64,000 nt of DNA from Chloroflexota bacterium (GCA_014360805.1 JACIWU010000003.1:5020-69019), one strand, 5' to 3'; numbered from the stretch's first letter, positions 26,701 through 36,650 are shown. Made by a program: numbers and translations. Notes: a model not told the origin generated them from the sequence alone.

Positions 26701-29581
26701 GCCACTTCTCCTGAACGCTGTACCAGTCGCGCAGGGAGAAAATGACGGTCAGCGGCACGTTGGGAACAGGCTCGCTCTTGCTGTTCACCGTGATGATGGA
26801 GACATCCGTGGGCTTGCCTGCCGTGCCCACGTAGGCTTTCGGCGACAGGCCAATGTAGAACTCGCCCTTGTGCACGGGAGCCGCCGTCCGTCCGCTCACC
26901 TCCTGGCCGTTCACGTCCGTAACATTGGCCTCAATGGAGAAGGTCTGGCTGGCCGTGAACTTGGCCAGGTCGGCGGGAACCGCGAAGGAGAAGCGGCCTT
27001 CGGCGTCGGTCGTCCCTTCGCCGCTGGCCACCACCTGCGCGCCGGTGTCCTCGCGCGTCCAGTAGTCCCAATCGTGGAAGTCGTACCAGCCCTGGCCCTG
27101 CCACGCGAAGAAGTAGGGTTGCGCCACGATGTTCCATCGGACTTTCGCGTTGGCCACCGGAGCGCCGAAGTAGTACTTGGCCAGCACGCTGACCTCTACG
27201 CGGTCGCCCTGGACGTATTCGGGCTGATTGGTCGCAACCGTGATTTCGTATTCCGGCTTGCGGTATTCGGCCACCTGGAAGGACGTGCTGAACTGCAGCG
27301 GGGCCTGCTTGTACCCGTGGGTGGTGGCGGCCTCGCTCGCGGGCGTCGCGTAAATCCAGTAGATGCCCGTGGGCGCGTTCTCGGCCAACGTCAGGCTGCC
27401 GTACACCGTCCCCAGGTCGCTCATCTGGAGCGTCTGGCTGTAGAACTGCTGGCCCTGCGGGTCAGAAACCGTAACGCGAAGCGGGCCGATGTCGGGCAGC
27501 GAGTAGCGCGCGTCGTCATCGGCGCGGACGATGCCCTTGAAGTAAACCGTCTGCCCGGGGCGGTAGATGGGCCTGTCCGTGTAGAAGTAGCCGACAAGGG
27601 GCGTGAGCCACGACTCGCTGGGGATGGAAAACTCCCAGGGGTCAATCCCCGCCGACCAGGGGCTGCCGGTTACGGCCAGGGACTCGCCGGAGCCGGCCAC
27701 AACCGTGAGGGCTTCCCACAAGTCGCGAGGCTGGGCAAACTGTCCGCGCCACACGCCCTCGGCATTCGTCAGACCGTCCATGAGCATCTTGCCGCTGCCG
27801 TCGTACACCTTCAGCGGCAGGGAATCTATCGGCTGGCCGCTCACGAGGTCGGTGGCCCACACCAGCACGTCCTTAGGCCCGTGCTTCAGCACCAGGTTCG
27901 TGCGGGTTACCACCAGCGCCATCCCCTGCGGGCGAGAGACCTTCTCGGGGATGTCGGGCGAGGAGAGCATGAGGTAGTACACGCCGGGCGGCAGCGGGCG
28001 GGTGGCGTCGGCGGTGAGGGGCACGTCCAGGGTCTGCGTCTTGTTCCGAGGCGCGTTCACCGCCACTTCCCACGCGCGCAGCAGGCTCTCGTTCCGCGGC
28101 GCAAACTTGTCGCGGTATTCCCAGTCGTCGCCGTTGAGGCGCACGAACTCGTCCAGCGACAGGGCGTACAAGCGCAGATTGACGCGGGCGATATTGCGGT
28201 AGGCGATGGGAATCTGCACCGGATTGTAGGCGTTGAAAACGGTGGCGTCGCCCCACCTGCCGACCACGTACAGGCTGGGGTCCAAGTCGCGCGTGTGGAA
28301 CGCCAGGACGTAATCCCGGCCCAGGGTGTTCCCGTATGGGTCCGCCGCCGAAGCCGGAATGGTGATTCGGTAATCCGTGTCCGGCTGGAGCCGAACGGAG
28401 AGTTGCAGCGAGTCCTCGTACTCATTCCAGTACGCCTGCCATGCGGTGCCTTCCGGCTCCACGCGCAGGGTGGGGGTGATGGTCTCCAGGAGCATGGGGC
28501 CGGCGAACCAAATCTGCACCCAAGCGTAGGGCGAGACGGCGGTCTCGTTGGCTCCAGGGCTTGTCCGAACCACGCGAGGCTTCGGCACGACGCCGAACGG
28601 CCACTTCTCTGTCGTTGCTAGCGTCCCGCCGGAAGCCGACCGCACGCCCGCCGCCACCGACGCCACATACCCCATGCCCATGCGCAGGGGCGCGCTCGGC
28701 TTGAAGTACAGCGTGCTCCCCTGCCACGAGAACGTGCCCGCCACCTTGCTGCCCGTCTGGATCTCGCGCAGGGCGAACCCCGCTTCCACGGAGGCCGCGT
28801 CCATGGGCTGGTTGAATGAGACGATGACCTGGGCCGTGGGCGCGACCTTCATCCCCTGCGGCTGGACGCCGGTGATCTTGGGCGACTCCGTGGTGAACGT
28901 CCACGAGTAGTCCTCGGCCAGCACGCTGCCCGTGGTATCCTGCAGGCCCGCGGCGACGGTGGCCCGATAGGTTGTGGATCCCGCCAGGCCCTCGGCGGGG
29001 CGGAAGATGTAGATGGACGTGTTGAGCCACTCGCCTGTGCCGGCGACGGGCGGCTCCAGGCGCAGTGGCTGGGGCAGGTCCTGGGCGCGCTTGAGATCCG
29101 TGAGCGGCACGACCGGCCTGTTGAAGATGACGGTGATGGCGATGTCCCGCTCTACCTCGGCGGCTCCATCCGCGGGCTGCGTCTGGGAGACGCGAAGGCT
29201 GCCCACCGTCTGGAATCGCAGGACGACTTCATCGGCCAGGGACAGGCCCGCGCTGGACTTGACCCCCTTGCCGAGCACGACGCGGTAGGTGGTGGCCGGC
29301 TCCAGCGGCGCTGCCGGCCGGAAGACCAGCCTGCGATCCTCCAGGACCCACTGCCCCGGAATCGCAGGGTCAATGCGCACCTGTCCCTCCAGGGACTTCG
29401 GATCCATGGGCTGGTTGAACTCCACGACGAGCGGCGCTCCCACCGGCAGTTCCTCGGAGGGGAGCGGAGTCTGCCGCACGATTCGCGGGATCGCGGGGGG
29501 TTGCTTGGGGCCGCACGAGACGGCCACAAGCGCCAGAAGGACAATCACGACCACAAACGTTACGCTGCGCCAAGATTTCAT
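23729..29581 (-). CDS. Alpha-2-macroglobulin-family lipoprotein with N-terminal Ig-like (Big_5-type) repeats
   Basis: Lipobox VAVSC, four Ig-like repeats (FNQPMD), YTDRPIYRPGQ, EYRKPEY, bait region then RTYFPDTA, LPDSLTTWR, thioester motif FPYECAEQ, YEMYFPE. Confidence 0.93.
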   Translation of the reverse strand: MKSWRSVTFVVVIVLLALVAVSCGPKQPPAIPRIVRQTPLPSEELPVGAPLVVEFNQPMDPKSLEGQVRIDPAIPGQWVLEDRRLVFRPAAPLEPATTYRVVLGKGVKSSAGLSLADEVVLRFQTVGSLRVSQTQPADGAAEVERDIAITVIFNRPVVPLTDLKRAQDLPQPLRLEPPVAGTGEWLNTSIYIFRPAEGLAGSTTYRATVAAGLQDTTGSVLAEDYSWTFTTESPKITGVQPQGMKVAPTAQVIVSFNQPMDAASVEAGFALREIQTGSKVAGTFSWQGSTLYFKPSAPLRMGMGYVASVAAGVRSASGGTLATTEKWPFGVVPKPRVVRTSPGANETAVSPYAWVQIWFAGPMLLETITPTLRVEPEGTAWQAYWNEYEDSLQLSVRLQPDTDYRITIPASAADPYGNTLGRDYVLAFHTRDLDPSLYVVGRWGDATVFNAYNPVQIPIAYRNIARVNLRLYALSLDEFVRLNGDDWEYRDKFAPRNESLLRAWEVAVNAPRNKTQTLDVPLTADATRPLPPGVYYLMLSSPDIPEKVSRPQGMALVVTRTNLVLKHGPKDVLVWATDLVSGQPIDSLPLKVYDGSGKMLMDGLTNAEGVWRGQFAQPRDLWEALTVVAGSGESLAVTGSPWSAGIDPWEFSIPSESWLTPLVGYFYTDRPIYRPGQTVYFKGIVRADDDARYSLPDIGPLRVTVSDPQGQQFYSQTLQMSDLGTVYGSLTLAENAPTGIYWIYATPASEAATTHGYKQAPLQFSTSFQVAEYRKPEYEITVATNQPEYVQGDRVEVSVLAKYYFGAPVANAKVRWNIVAQPYFFAWQGQGWYDFHDWDYWTREDTGAQVVASGEGTTDAEGRFSFAVPADLAKFTASQTFSIEANVTDVNGQEVSGRTAAPVHKGEFYIGLSPKAYVGTAGKPTDVSIITVNSKSEPVPNVPLTVIFSLRDWYSVQEKWPDGGFYWTTRFTDTPVFTQTITTDDKGAAVASFVPPEGGSYRVLALGRDARGNEVRSATYLWVSGVGDEYVSWRMENNNRMELIADKKSYAPGETAHILVPSPFQGPVMALLTVERAGILSYRVLTLQTNSDQVDIPITEDLIPNAYVSVVLVKGKGAAEPFASFRVGYVALQVSAAEKHLTIRVTPDRAGAYGPRDTAQFTVETLDANGQGVPAEVSLALVDASVLALAQRPGPDILDFFYRKRGLGIRTAASLTLAVAEREAEPAPEGKGGGGAEGAMTARTYFPDTAFWEPALRTDAAGRATVAVNLPDSLTTWRMVADGATANTQVGSSTSDIVVTKPLLVRVVAPRFFVIGDKPELAAIVHNNTDQALRVQVQVAVRGERSDFGRTESVDIPARGLQKLTWNGTIGADEQVTVSVRAAGGGLEDAIALTLPVYHFTTPEVVATAGEVRAGEQQVEIVQLPDVYEPSQGDFTVRLDPSLVAGMKDALGYLEHFPYECAEQTVSRFLPNVAAWQAYKRLGVRNEELEAKLPDLVAVGLQKLYASQNVDGGWGWWYTEQSHPYITAYVLLGLNEARRAGFGVDSSVMERAVRFLKSSLDVAGVQDATAANEQAFILYVLSEFGAGDTARSVALFEKRHLLGHYGKAFLAQALQAAGDAHAGQVRALLAELNGQAVLSATGAHWEEAQTDRFLMNTDVRSTAIVLRALVRLTPDNALLPNAVRWLMAARQDGRWGTTQENAWALMALTDYAAQTGELEGEYRYQVGLNGKRVLAGDVRPDTVDAPRVVSIPLKDLLKDVGNRVIVERSPLTGGQAEKGALYYSAALKYYLPVEQVGPLNRGVIVLRQYTLADDPTREVATARVGDIIRVKLTVIAPSSLHYLVVEDPIPGGTEAVDTSLRTTSQLLEQPQFRRTGEEDVWGWWVFSHTEIRDEKVALFATSVPAGTYEYTYLLRASVPGEFLVMPAVAYEMYFPETFGRSGGAKFTVTP

Positions 29582-29693
29582 AGAGGCCTCCTGAGCAAAC
29601 GAAAGCACGCCGAAGCGTGCGCGCACTTCAATCTACAGACGCACGGCGGGCGCGTCAGGTTCCCGCCGCACAGCCATCCGAGGCATCAGGGCG

Positions 29694-30398
29694 CTATTGC
29701 GCAGTTACGGGCTGTGCGTAACGGAACTCAATTCTCCGGGCATACATGGGGATCGCCAGGGTTTGCGCATCGGCAATCTCGGCTTGGAATCCCGGGTGTG
29801 CGGCTTGTAGCGACGCCAGCATCCCGCCTTTGCGCGTCAACGCCACCCTCAGGGTGTCGGGGTCGCCGAGCACCTGGAAGACGAACGGGCGGGAGAGCAC
29901 TGTCCCGTCCACCGAGATGCCCGCCTCGGTACCCACGATGGCAGAGGAGACGACCAGCCGCTGGCCGTTGAGGGCAATCGCCTTCGCGCCGGAGTTCTTC
30001 AGTTCGTTGACCATATCCTGCAACTCCGTGGCGCTTACGGGGCTGTTCAGCGTGAGGGTGATGCCCGGCCCCGAGACTTCGCTGAGGCCGGTGATGAGTT
30101 TCAGGCGGTTCAGTTCCTCCACCATGACGACAAGGGAACCACCCTGCTGCTCCAATTCGGCCAGTTTGGCGCGCAACGAATCCACTTCCTCGCGCAGTTT
30201 CAGGTTGGCGTCCACGAGGCCGCTGATGAGAACGGCGCGATCGGTCCCCGAGGCGGCAACCCGCGCCGAGCGCAGGGCGCTCTCGCTGCGGAACTGGGCG
30301 AAGATGAGCATCCCCACCAGGACGAACAAAATCGCCAGCGGGATGTGCACGAGCCAGTTGTCGTGCGAGATTCTACGGAGATACTGAGACACTTGCAT
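29694..30398 (-). CDS. DUF881 family protein
   Basis: TM, coiled coil, GLSEVSGPGI, VNELKNSGAKAIALNGQR. Confidence 0.85.
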   Translation of the reverse strand: MQVSQYLRRISHDNWLVHIPLAILFVLVGMLIFAQFRSESALRSARVAASGTDRAVLISGLVDANLKLREEVDSLRAKLAELEQQGGSLVVMVEELNRLKLITGLSEVSGPGITLTLNSPVSATELQDMVNELKNSGAKAIALNGQRLVVSSAIVGTEAGISVDGTVLSRPFVFQVLGDPDTLRVALTRKGGMLASLQAAHPGFQAEIADAQTLAIPMYARRIEFRYAQPVTAQ

Positions 30399-31113
30399 AC
30401 AGCGCTCCGAAGCCGCCGCGATAGGCGGGCACCTGAATATCGGCGGCCTGCGCGACGGTGAAAGCCAGGCCGTAGGCCGCGACGCGATTGCGCAGGTCGG
30501 CGAGGAACCTGGGATTCTTGAGCAGCGACTCCTGCTGCTCCGATGGGCCGATGGCTCGGATCACGTAGGGCGGCGACAGGCGCGTATCGTTGACCATGAT
30601 GGTCGCCCCCACGCAGTAGATGGACGTGCTGGCGACAATGCGCTCGCCGTTCACGGAGATGGCCTCGCTCCCCGCCGCCCACAACAGGTTGACCACGTCG
30701 CGCAGGTCGTAGTCGTGCACGAGGTACAGTTCGGGGTTCACCGCCGACGGAACAACTTGCCGATTGCTGTCGTTCAGGACGACCTCAACACCCGGGCCGT
30801 GCAGCGCGACGAGGCCAGCCAACACCTTCTGGCGCGCCAGTTCTTCGGCCAGCCCCGCCAACAGGTCAGCCGATTGGCCGCGCTGCTGCTGTCGCTCGTC
30901 CAGTTGCTGGCGCAGTTGAGACACTTCCGCCTTCAGCGCGTCCTGTTCCGCCTCCAGCCGCGCGATGGTGGACGCCGTGCGGTCGCGCGCGTAACTCGTG
31001 TCTGTCAGGCGCGTAGTCGGAGCCGAGCGCCACTGGAGCGACAGAAGCAGCCCCAGCGCCAGGCCCGCCAGCAGAAGCCCTATGGAAGATGTCCGGGTCT
31101 TCCTCTTCTCCAT
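30373..31113 (-). CDS. DUF881 family protein
   Basis: AGLVALHGPGV, VHDYDL..VVNLLWAAGSEAISVNGER, SPPYVIRAIG. Confidence 0.88.
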   Translation of the reverse strand: MEKRKTRTSSIGLLLAGLALGLLLSLQWRSAPTTRLTDTSYARDRTASTIARLEAEQDALKAEVSQLRQQLDERQQQRGQSADLLAGLAEELARQKVLAGLVALHGPGVEVVLNDSNRQVVPSAVNPELYLVHDYDLRDVVNLLWAAGSEAISVNGERIVASTSIYCVGATIMVNDTRLSPPYVIRAIGPSEQQESLLKNPRFLADLRNRVAAYGLAFTVAQAADIQVPAYRGGFGALYASVSVSP

Positions 31114-31211
31114 CGGATTGCACCGCGTTGTGATCTTTCTGCCATATATAACGCAGAAAAGCACCTTTCGGTGCCTTTCTGAAACACATCTCGTCTGTGC
31201 AAGAACGATGC

Positions 31212-31736
31212 CTAGCGGACCAGGTTCGCCAGTTGCAGCCTGTAGATGCGCTGATTGTCGGTAATGTCCGTCTCACCCAGGACCGGGGCCGCCCGCACCT
31301 TGAGCCAGTACTCGGGACGAATGGGGATTTCGGACAGACCCTGCAGGCGGACCACCTTGACCTCCCCCGGCGCCAGTTGCTCAACCGTGGCGACACGGGT
31401 AAGGATGGGCGAAGGCTCGCGGTTGTCCAGGCGGAGTTCGGCGCGCACGACGACGTTGCGCTCCGCGGTCAGGCCCGTATTCTCCACGGCAACCAGCAGA
31501 TTGACCGTCTTCAGATCCTCCAGCGAGCGGATGGCATCCAAAGGCGGGTCAAAGTCAATGGCCAGAACCGCGATGTCGTGTTCCGGCGGCCTGGCCGAAA
31601 CGTCATGCGACGTTCCGGTGAAGACATCCAGTTGCCGAGTCTCTATCTGGAATTGTGTGCAACCTGTCAGCAAACCAAGCAGGAGCGCGGAGAGCAAAAC
31701 AGCCACCCGAAGGCGGCGTAAATCTCCATCTCCCAT
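31212..31736 (-). CDS. Hypothetical lipoprotein with CARDB-like Ig domain (start uncertain)
   Basis: LLTGC lipobox-like sequence; VENTG, LAPGE, ETDITDN pattern. Confidence 0.6.
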   Translation of the reverse strand: MGDGDLRRLRVAVLLSALLLGLLTGCTQFQIETRQLDVFTGTSHDVSARPPEHDIAVLAIDFDPPLDAIRSLEDLKTVNLLVAVENTGLTAERNVVVRAELRLDNREPSPILTRVATVEQLAPGEVKVVRLQGLSEIPIRPEYWLKVRAAPVLGETDITDNQRIYRLQLANLVR

Positions 31737-31814
31737 AATTGTCAAACCCTCCCCCACGTGGCATGGCATGAGTGTGCCGACAAAGCGCCATGATGAACGT
31801 TTTGTCACAATCGT

Positions 31815-31843
31815 ATCATACCCGATTTTGGCGTCTTTGTCAA
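31815..31843 (-). promoter_or_regulatory. Sigma70 promoter
   Basis: Minus strand TTGACA-17-TATGAT. Confidence 0.65.
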
Positions 31844-31888
31844 GTCATTGGCGGCTGCGATTGCTCCGTCTTGTGTTGGCGAGCAAAC

Positions 31889-31917
31889 TGCAACGCACTG
31901 CCGAAAGTGCGTCGCAC
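31889..31917. repeat. GTGCGACGCA palindrome copy
   Basis: tgcaacgcactgccgaaagtgcgtcgcac. Confidence 0.65.
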
Positions 31918-32037
31918 CCATGCCCATGGCGCGACCAACGGACTTTGGAACCGAGACGCGGTCGCGGCCGAAGCGGAGATCTGCGAAGCCCCCAGGGGGC
32001 TTTACGCCGCCCGGCGACGGTTGCGGGGCCGAACCCA

Positions 32038-34386
32038 CTACCGCACCCAGTACTTCTCTCCGTCCGTAACGATTTCCAGCGAACCCTTGCGGCGAGTCTG
32101 CCACACGGTCGCACCGGTGGCCTCCAGCCGCTGCAAGGTCGTGGGGTGAGGGTCGGCGGCGGCGCGAGGGCCTCCCTGGATGACGGCCACCCGCGGCGCG
32201 ACAGCGGCCAGGAACGACTCCTGCAGAGCCTTCTCGCCCCCGTGGTGCGGAACCTTCAGCACCAGCGAGCGCGGAACATCCTGCTGGTTCATCAGGAGCA
32301 ACTGCCCTTCTTCCTCCAGGTCGCCGGGGAACAGGAAGGTGGCGCGCCCCATGGTAAGCCGAATGACCATGGAGCAGTCATTGACGGAGCGGCAGGGGGT
32401 TGTGGGCCACGGGTACAGCACCTCCAGCACCACGTCGCCGTCCACCACGAACCTCTGCCCAGGCGAGGCCGGGATGCGAGGGATGCCTCGGGCTTGGGCC
32501 GCCGCCACGCATGCCTTGTACTCAGGCGTCTTGCCCGGCCGCGCTTCCACAAACCCGCCCACGTTGTACCGCTCCAGAACGCCGATAAGTCCCCCGGCGT
32601 GATCGGCATGCGGGTGGGTGAGAAAGACCAGCGCCAGGCTGCGCTGCCAGAACGGGAGCCGCCGCCCCACCTCGCTCAACAGGCGGGCCGGGTCGCTTCC
32701 CCCGTCAATGAGCACGGCGCTCCCCTTCGGCGTGCGTATCAGCACCGCATCACCCTCGCCCACGTTGATGAAGTGCGCATGGAGCCGCCCGTCGGGCATC
32801 TGCAACCCCGCCGCCCACACCAACGCTGCCACAACCGCAAGCGCGCCCTGCCATCGTCCGCGCCGCACCGCCTTCGCCCAACGGCGCGCGGCCGGGCTCA
32901 GCCAGCGCCGCACCCGCTGCGAGCCGAAGGTCAGCCCTCCTACGACCACGTAGTACCCCGCCACGACCGGCCACGGCACCCGCGCCACTTGCAGGTTCGC
33001 CCCAGGCACCGCCGCCAGGGCCTCGGCCATGCGGATGGTGTACGCCAGGAATAGCCACGCCGTCCACCCCGCCGGCATCCCCAGCGGCAGCCAGACCAGC
33101 GCCAGCAGCAACCCCACGCCGCCCCAAACCATGACCTGCGGCTGCGCCGGCACGATGAGCAGATTGGCCACCAGGCTGATGGGCGACAGGTTGTGGAAGT
33201 AGGCCACCGTCAGGGGCAGGGTCAGCACCTGCGCGGCCAGCGTGGCGGCCAGGCCATCCCCCAGCCAGCCCACCGCCGCCTTCCCCAGCGCCCCGGGGAT
33301 ATGCGCCGACAGGAACGCCCCCACCCGCCGATGGAGCGGCTCCGCATACAGGATCATCCCAAGCGTAGCGGCGAAACTCAACTGGAACCCCACATCCCAC
33401 AGCGCCTGCGGACGGATGGCGGTCATCAGCAGCGCCGAGGCCGCCAGGGCGTTGAGGGCATCGCTGCGCCGCCCCAGCAGAAGCGCCACCAACGCGATGC
33501 ACCCCATGATGGCGGCGCGCACCACTGGCGGGTCCGCGCCCACAAGGAGGGTGTACAGGACGACGAGGGGGATCGTCGCGGCCACCGCCCACCGCCGCCC
33601 GACCGTGCGCGTGAGCATCCGCAGCAGCGCGCCCGCGATGACGGTGATGTTGAACCCCGAGATGGCGATGATATGTGCCGTGGCCGTTGTGCGGAAGGCG
33701 TCCATCACATCGGCCGAGATGCCGCCCTCGCGCCCCAGGAGAATGCCCGTCAGCAGCGCCGCCTCGGGGTTGGGCAGCAGCGCCGCCAGTACGGACTCGC
33801 ACCGCGCCCGAAGCGCCCCGAGCATCCGCCGCAGGCTCCAGCCCTGTGCATGGCCCAGCACCTCCACCGAGGGCATGTACATCAGCGAGAACACGTTTTC
33901 GCGGGCCAGGTAGTCGCGGTACGAGAATTCCTCCCACACGGGCGGCGTGGTCAATTCGCCGTCCAGCCGCACCGTGTCGCCGTCGCGCACGACCGGGAAC
34001 GCGGGCAGCGTGGCCAGCACGAAGCCGTGAACCGGCGCACGGCCATAGGCGTGGGTGATCTCACGCGCGGAGATGCGGACGCGCCAGCGAGCGCCCTTGG
34101 GCTCCGGCTCCCCGTGCACGACGCCGACCAGGCTCACGGAGCCGCCCTCGTTGTAGTGGGCCACATGGGCCGCGTCTATGCGGGGCAGGCCCACGGTGTA
34201 GCGCCAGGCCCCGAGCAGGAGAAAGGCAGCAGCCAGCAGCGGCAGGCCGGCGCGAGTCCTCCTGGCCAGAACCGCCGCCACCACCGCCGCGCCAAAGCCG
34301 CCAAGCCAAACTGCACTGGGAACCCGGGCCTGTTGGGCCAGCCAAATGCCGACCACCCAGGCCACCGCCATCCACACAAGCCGCAT
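32038..34386 (-). CDS. comEC: DNA uptake channel ComEC/Rec2
   Basis: OB domain, HIIAISGFN, GADPPVVRA, GFQLSF, MBL domain NVGEGDA, THPHADH, KVPHHG. Confidence 0.93.
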   Translation of the reverse strand: MRLVWMAVAWVVGIWLAQQARVPSAVWLGGFGAAVVAAVLARRTRAGLPLLAAAFLLLGAWRYTVGLPRIDAAHVAHYNEGGSVSLVGVVHGEPEPKGARWRVRISAREITHAYGRAPVHGFVLATLPAFPVVRDGDTVRLDGELTTPPVWEEFSYRDYLARENVFSLMYMPSVEVLGHAQGWSLRRMLGALRARCESVLAALLPNPEAALLTGILLGREGGISADVMDAFRTTATAHIIAISGFNITVIAGALLRMLTRTVGRRWAVAATIPLVVLYTLLVGADPPVVRAAIMGCIALVALLLGRRSDALNALAASALLMTAIRPQALWDVGFQLSFAATLGMILYAEPLHRRVGAFLSAHIPGALGKAAVGWLGDGLAATLAAQVLTLPLTVAYFHNLSPISLVANLLIVPAQPQVMVWGGVGLLLALVWLPLGMPAGWTAWLFLAYTIRMAEALAAVPGANLQVARVPWPVVAGYYVVVGGLTFGSQRVRRWLSPAARRWAKAVRRGRWQGALAVVAALVWAAGLQMPDGRLHAHFINVGEGDAVLIRTPKGSAVLIDGGSDPARLLSEVGRRLPFWQRSLALVFLTHPHADHAGGLIGVLERYNVGGFVEARPGKTPEYKACVAAAQARGIPRIPASPGQRFVVDGDVVLEVLYPWPTTPCRSVNDCSMVIRLTMGRATFLFPGDLEEEGQLLLMNQQDVPRSLVLKVPHHGGEKALQESFLAAVAPRVAVIQGGPRAAADPHPTTLQRLEATGATVWQTRRKGSLEIVTDGEKYWVR

Positions 34387-34479
34387 GGCCGTTACCTATC
34401 CACGAATCACACGAATGGACATGAACAAACGCCCGCACGCTGGGCTGGTTCGCGGTGCTCCTGGCGGGACAACGAGCGC

Positions 34480-35421
34480 CTATTCGCGGCGCATCAAGTC
34501 GCGGAGATAGGGGTCGTGCTGGAGCATGAGCCGCAGGCCGGTTGCCACATCCACCTTCGGCGAGTAGCCCAACAGCGCCCGCGCCCGCGTCAAATCGGCC
34601 ACCAGCCGCGAGACGCCGCCCGTGTCGGCCTGGCTGTGCAGCGAATGCACCTCGCGCCCGATGGCAGCAGCGATGAGGTCTACCAGAGCGCGCACACTGG
34701 TCTCCTGCCCCGAACCGACGTTGATGACCTGGCGGTTGACCCCCGTCGCCTCCGAGGCGGTTACCAGCGCGTCCACCACGTCGTCTATGTACACGAAATC
34801 GCGGGTCTGCTGGCCGGTGCCGAACACGATGACAGAGCCGCCCGACAGCGCCTGCTTGAGGAAGAAGGGGATCACAGGCGCGTGGGCTGCGGGGACAAAC
34901 TGGCCCGCGCCGTAGGCGTTGAAAATCCGCAGGCTCACCGTCTCTATAGCGTACAGTTCGCCCAGGGTGTTCACGTACAGTTCCGACGCCAATTTGCTCA
35001 CGGCGTAGGGCGAGCGCGGATGGGGCCATGCGGTCTCCGACACCGGCTGCGTCTCCTGATCGCCGTACACCGCCCCCGACGAGGCGAACACCACCCGCCC
35101 CACGCCCGCATCGCGCGCCGCTTGCATCAGCGAAACCGTGCCACCCACGTTCACGTCGTTGTACTCGCGGGGATAGAGGACAGACTCGGGCACAGACACG
35201 CGGGCCGCCAGGTGGTACACGCAGGAGATGCCCTGGAGCAGCGTCCAGAGTTTGGGCACATCGCGCACGTCGCCACGGGTGAACACCACGCGGCGGTCCA
35301 GCCGCGACGGGTCACCCGCGCTCAAGTCGTCCAGCACGCGCACGTGGTGCCCTTCGGCCACCAGCCGATTCGCCAACGCCGCGCCGATGAACCCGGCGCC
35401 GCCCGTGATCAGAACCCGCAT
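34480..35421 (-). CDS. NAD-dependent epimerase/dehydratase (UDP-sugar 4-epimerase-like SDR)
   Basis: TGGAGFIG, HLAA, ASSGAVYG, YAVSK, RDFVYIDD. Confidence 0.92.
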   Translation of the reverse strand: MRVLITGGAGFIGAALANRLVAEGHHVRVLDDLSAGDPSRLDRRVVFTRGDVRDVPKLWTLLQGISCVYHLAARVSVPESVLYPREYNDVNVGGTVSLMQAARDAGVGRVVFASSGAVYGDQETQPVSETAWPHPRSPYAVSKLASELYVNTLGELYAIETVSLRIFNAYGAGQFVPAAHAPVIPFFLKQALSGGSVIVFGTGQQTRDFVYIDDVVDALVTASEATGVNRQVINVGSGQETSVRALVDLIAAAIGREVHSLHSQADTGGVSRLVADLTRARALLGYSPKVDVATGLRLMLQHDPYLRDLMRRE

Positions 35422-35443
35422 ACCGTCCTCGTCCTGCTTTACT

Positions 35444-36223
35444 TCAGTGTGTGCGCCGACGCCATTCTGTCTTTAGGTCCAGTTGGGTCAGGTCCTCGCC
35501 GATTTCCAGGAAGTCGGCCAGCAGGCGGTTGAAACGGCCGACCTCATCCAGCATCGGGAAGTGCTTGGACTCGGTCATGGTGAGCACCCGCACCCGTGGG
35601 TTGTTGGCCGCTATGGCGGTGGCCTGGGCCGGATCCACCAGCCCGTCCTTGCGCCCGTACACGAGGAGCGTCGGCATCGGCAACTGGCGCAGCAAGGGAC
35701 GGATGTCAAAGCCCTTCAGGTTGGCCAGACTCTCCTCAACCGCGTTGGGCGCGATGCGGGCGATGTCCTGCCACACGATATTGTGGGGGATCTGCCGCTT
35801 CTGCTGGAACTTGCCGATGGCCGACTTGCCGAGGATGGCGCCGGTGTTGAGGCCCGCATCGGTGAGGGGCGTGCTCACCAGCGCCAGGCGCGGCGCGCGG
35901 TCCGGGTGTTTGGCCGCGAAGTGCACGGCCAGGATGCCCCCCAGGCTGTGGGCCACCAGCGGAGCCTTGAGGATACCCATCTGATCCATGAAGGCTTCCA
36001 GCAGGCGCAGGTAGGAATCCATGTCGTGGCGGCCGCCCTGCTTGTCCGAATCCCCGTACCCCCACAGGTCAAAGGCGTGCGTGCGGTAATTCTCGGAGAG
36101 CGCCTCCATGGCATGCATCCAGTAGCGCCACGAACCGAGCCAGCCGTGAAGGAAGATCAGCGGCTTGCCTCGCCCCAGCGTTTCGTAGTGGATGATTCGC
36201 TCCTCAATGAGGATGACGCTCAT
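35444..36223 (-). CDS. Alpha/beta hydrolase
   Basis: HGWLGSW, AHSLGG nucleophile, GRKD, KHFPM. Confidence 0.9.
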   Translation of the reverse strand: MSVILIEERIIHYETLGRGKPLIFLHGWLGSWRYWMHAMEALSENYRTHAFDLWGYGDSDKQGGRHDMDSYLRLLEAFMDQMGILKAPLVAHSLGGILAVHFAAKHPDRAPRLALVSTPLTDAGLNTGAILGKSAIGKFQQKRQIPHNIVWQDIARIAPNAVEESLANLKGFDIRPLLRQLPMPTLLVYGRKDGLVDPAQATAIAANNPRVRVLTMTESKHFPMLDEVGRFNRLLADFLEIGEDLTQLDLKTEWRRRTH

Positions 36224-36247
36224 CGCCGCTCCCTGGCCGCCCGCGCC

Positions 36248-36625
36248 TCATTTCCCTTTGGCGGCCGCCAGCACATTCCGCAGCCGACCGGGCAACTCTT
36301 CCGGCGAGAACGGCTTCAGGATATAGTCCGCCGCCCCCAACGAAAGCCCCTGCTTGATGTCGGCCTCCTGCCCGCGCGCGGAAAGAAACACCACTGGAAT
36401 GCCCTTCGTCTTCGGGTTCGCCTTCAGCGCCTGGCACGCCTGGTGCCCCGTCATGCGCGGCATCCGCACGTCCATCAGCACCAGGTCGGGCATCACCGCC
36501 AGCGTCTGTTGCACGGCCTCTTCTCCGTTGTTCGCGGTTACGACCTCAAACCCGTTGAGTTCCAGGATGAACCGAAGGAGTTCCAGGATATCGCGCTCGT
36601 CCTCGGCTACAACGATTTTCGGCAT
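36248..36625 (-). CDS. Single-domain response regulator
   Basis: VAEDE, LMDVRMP, LSA, KPF. Confidence 0.92.
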   Translation of the reverse strand: MPKIVVAEDERDILELLRFILELNGFEVVTANNGEEAVQQTLAVMPDLVLMDVRMPRMTGHQACQALKANPKTKGIPVVFLSARGQEADIKQGLSLGAADYILKPFSPEELPGRLRNVLAAAKGK

Positions 36626-36650
36626 ACCTGCCATCCAATACGCAATGGGT

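Noticed and set aside
31159..31179. Hairpin aaagcacctttcggtgccttt as a terminator
   Set aside because: Short stem with weak U-tracts; plausible but not supportable.
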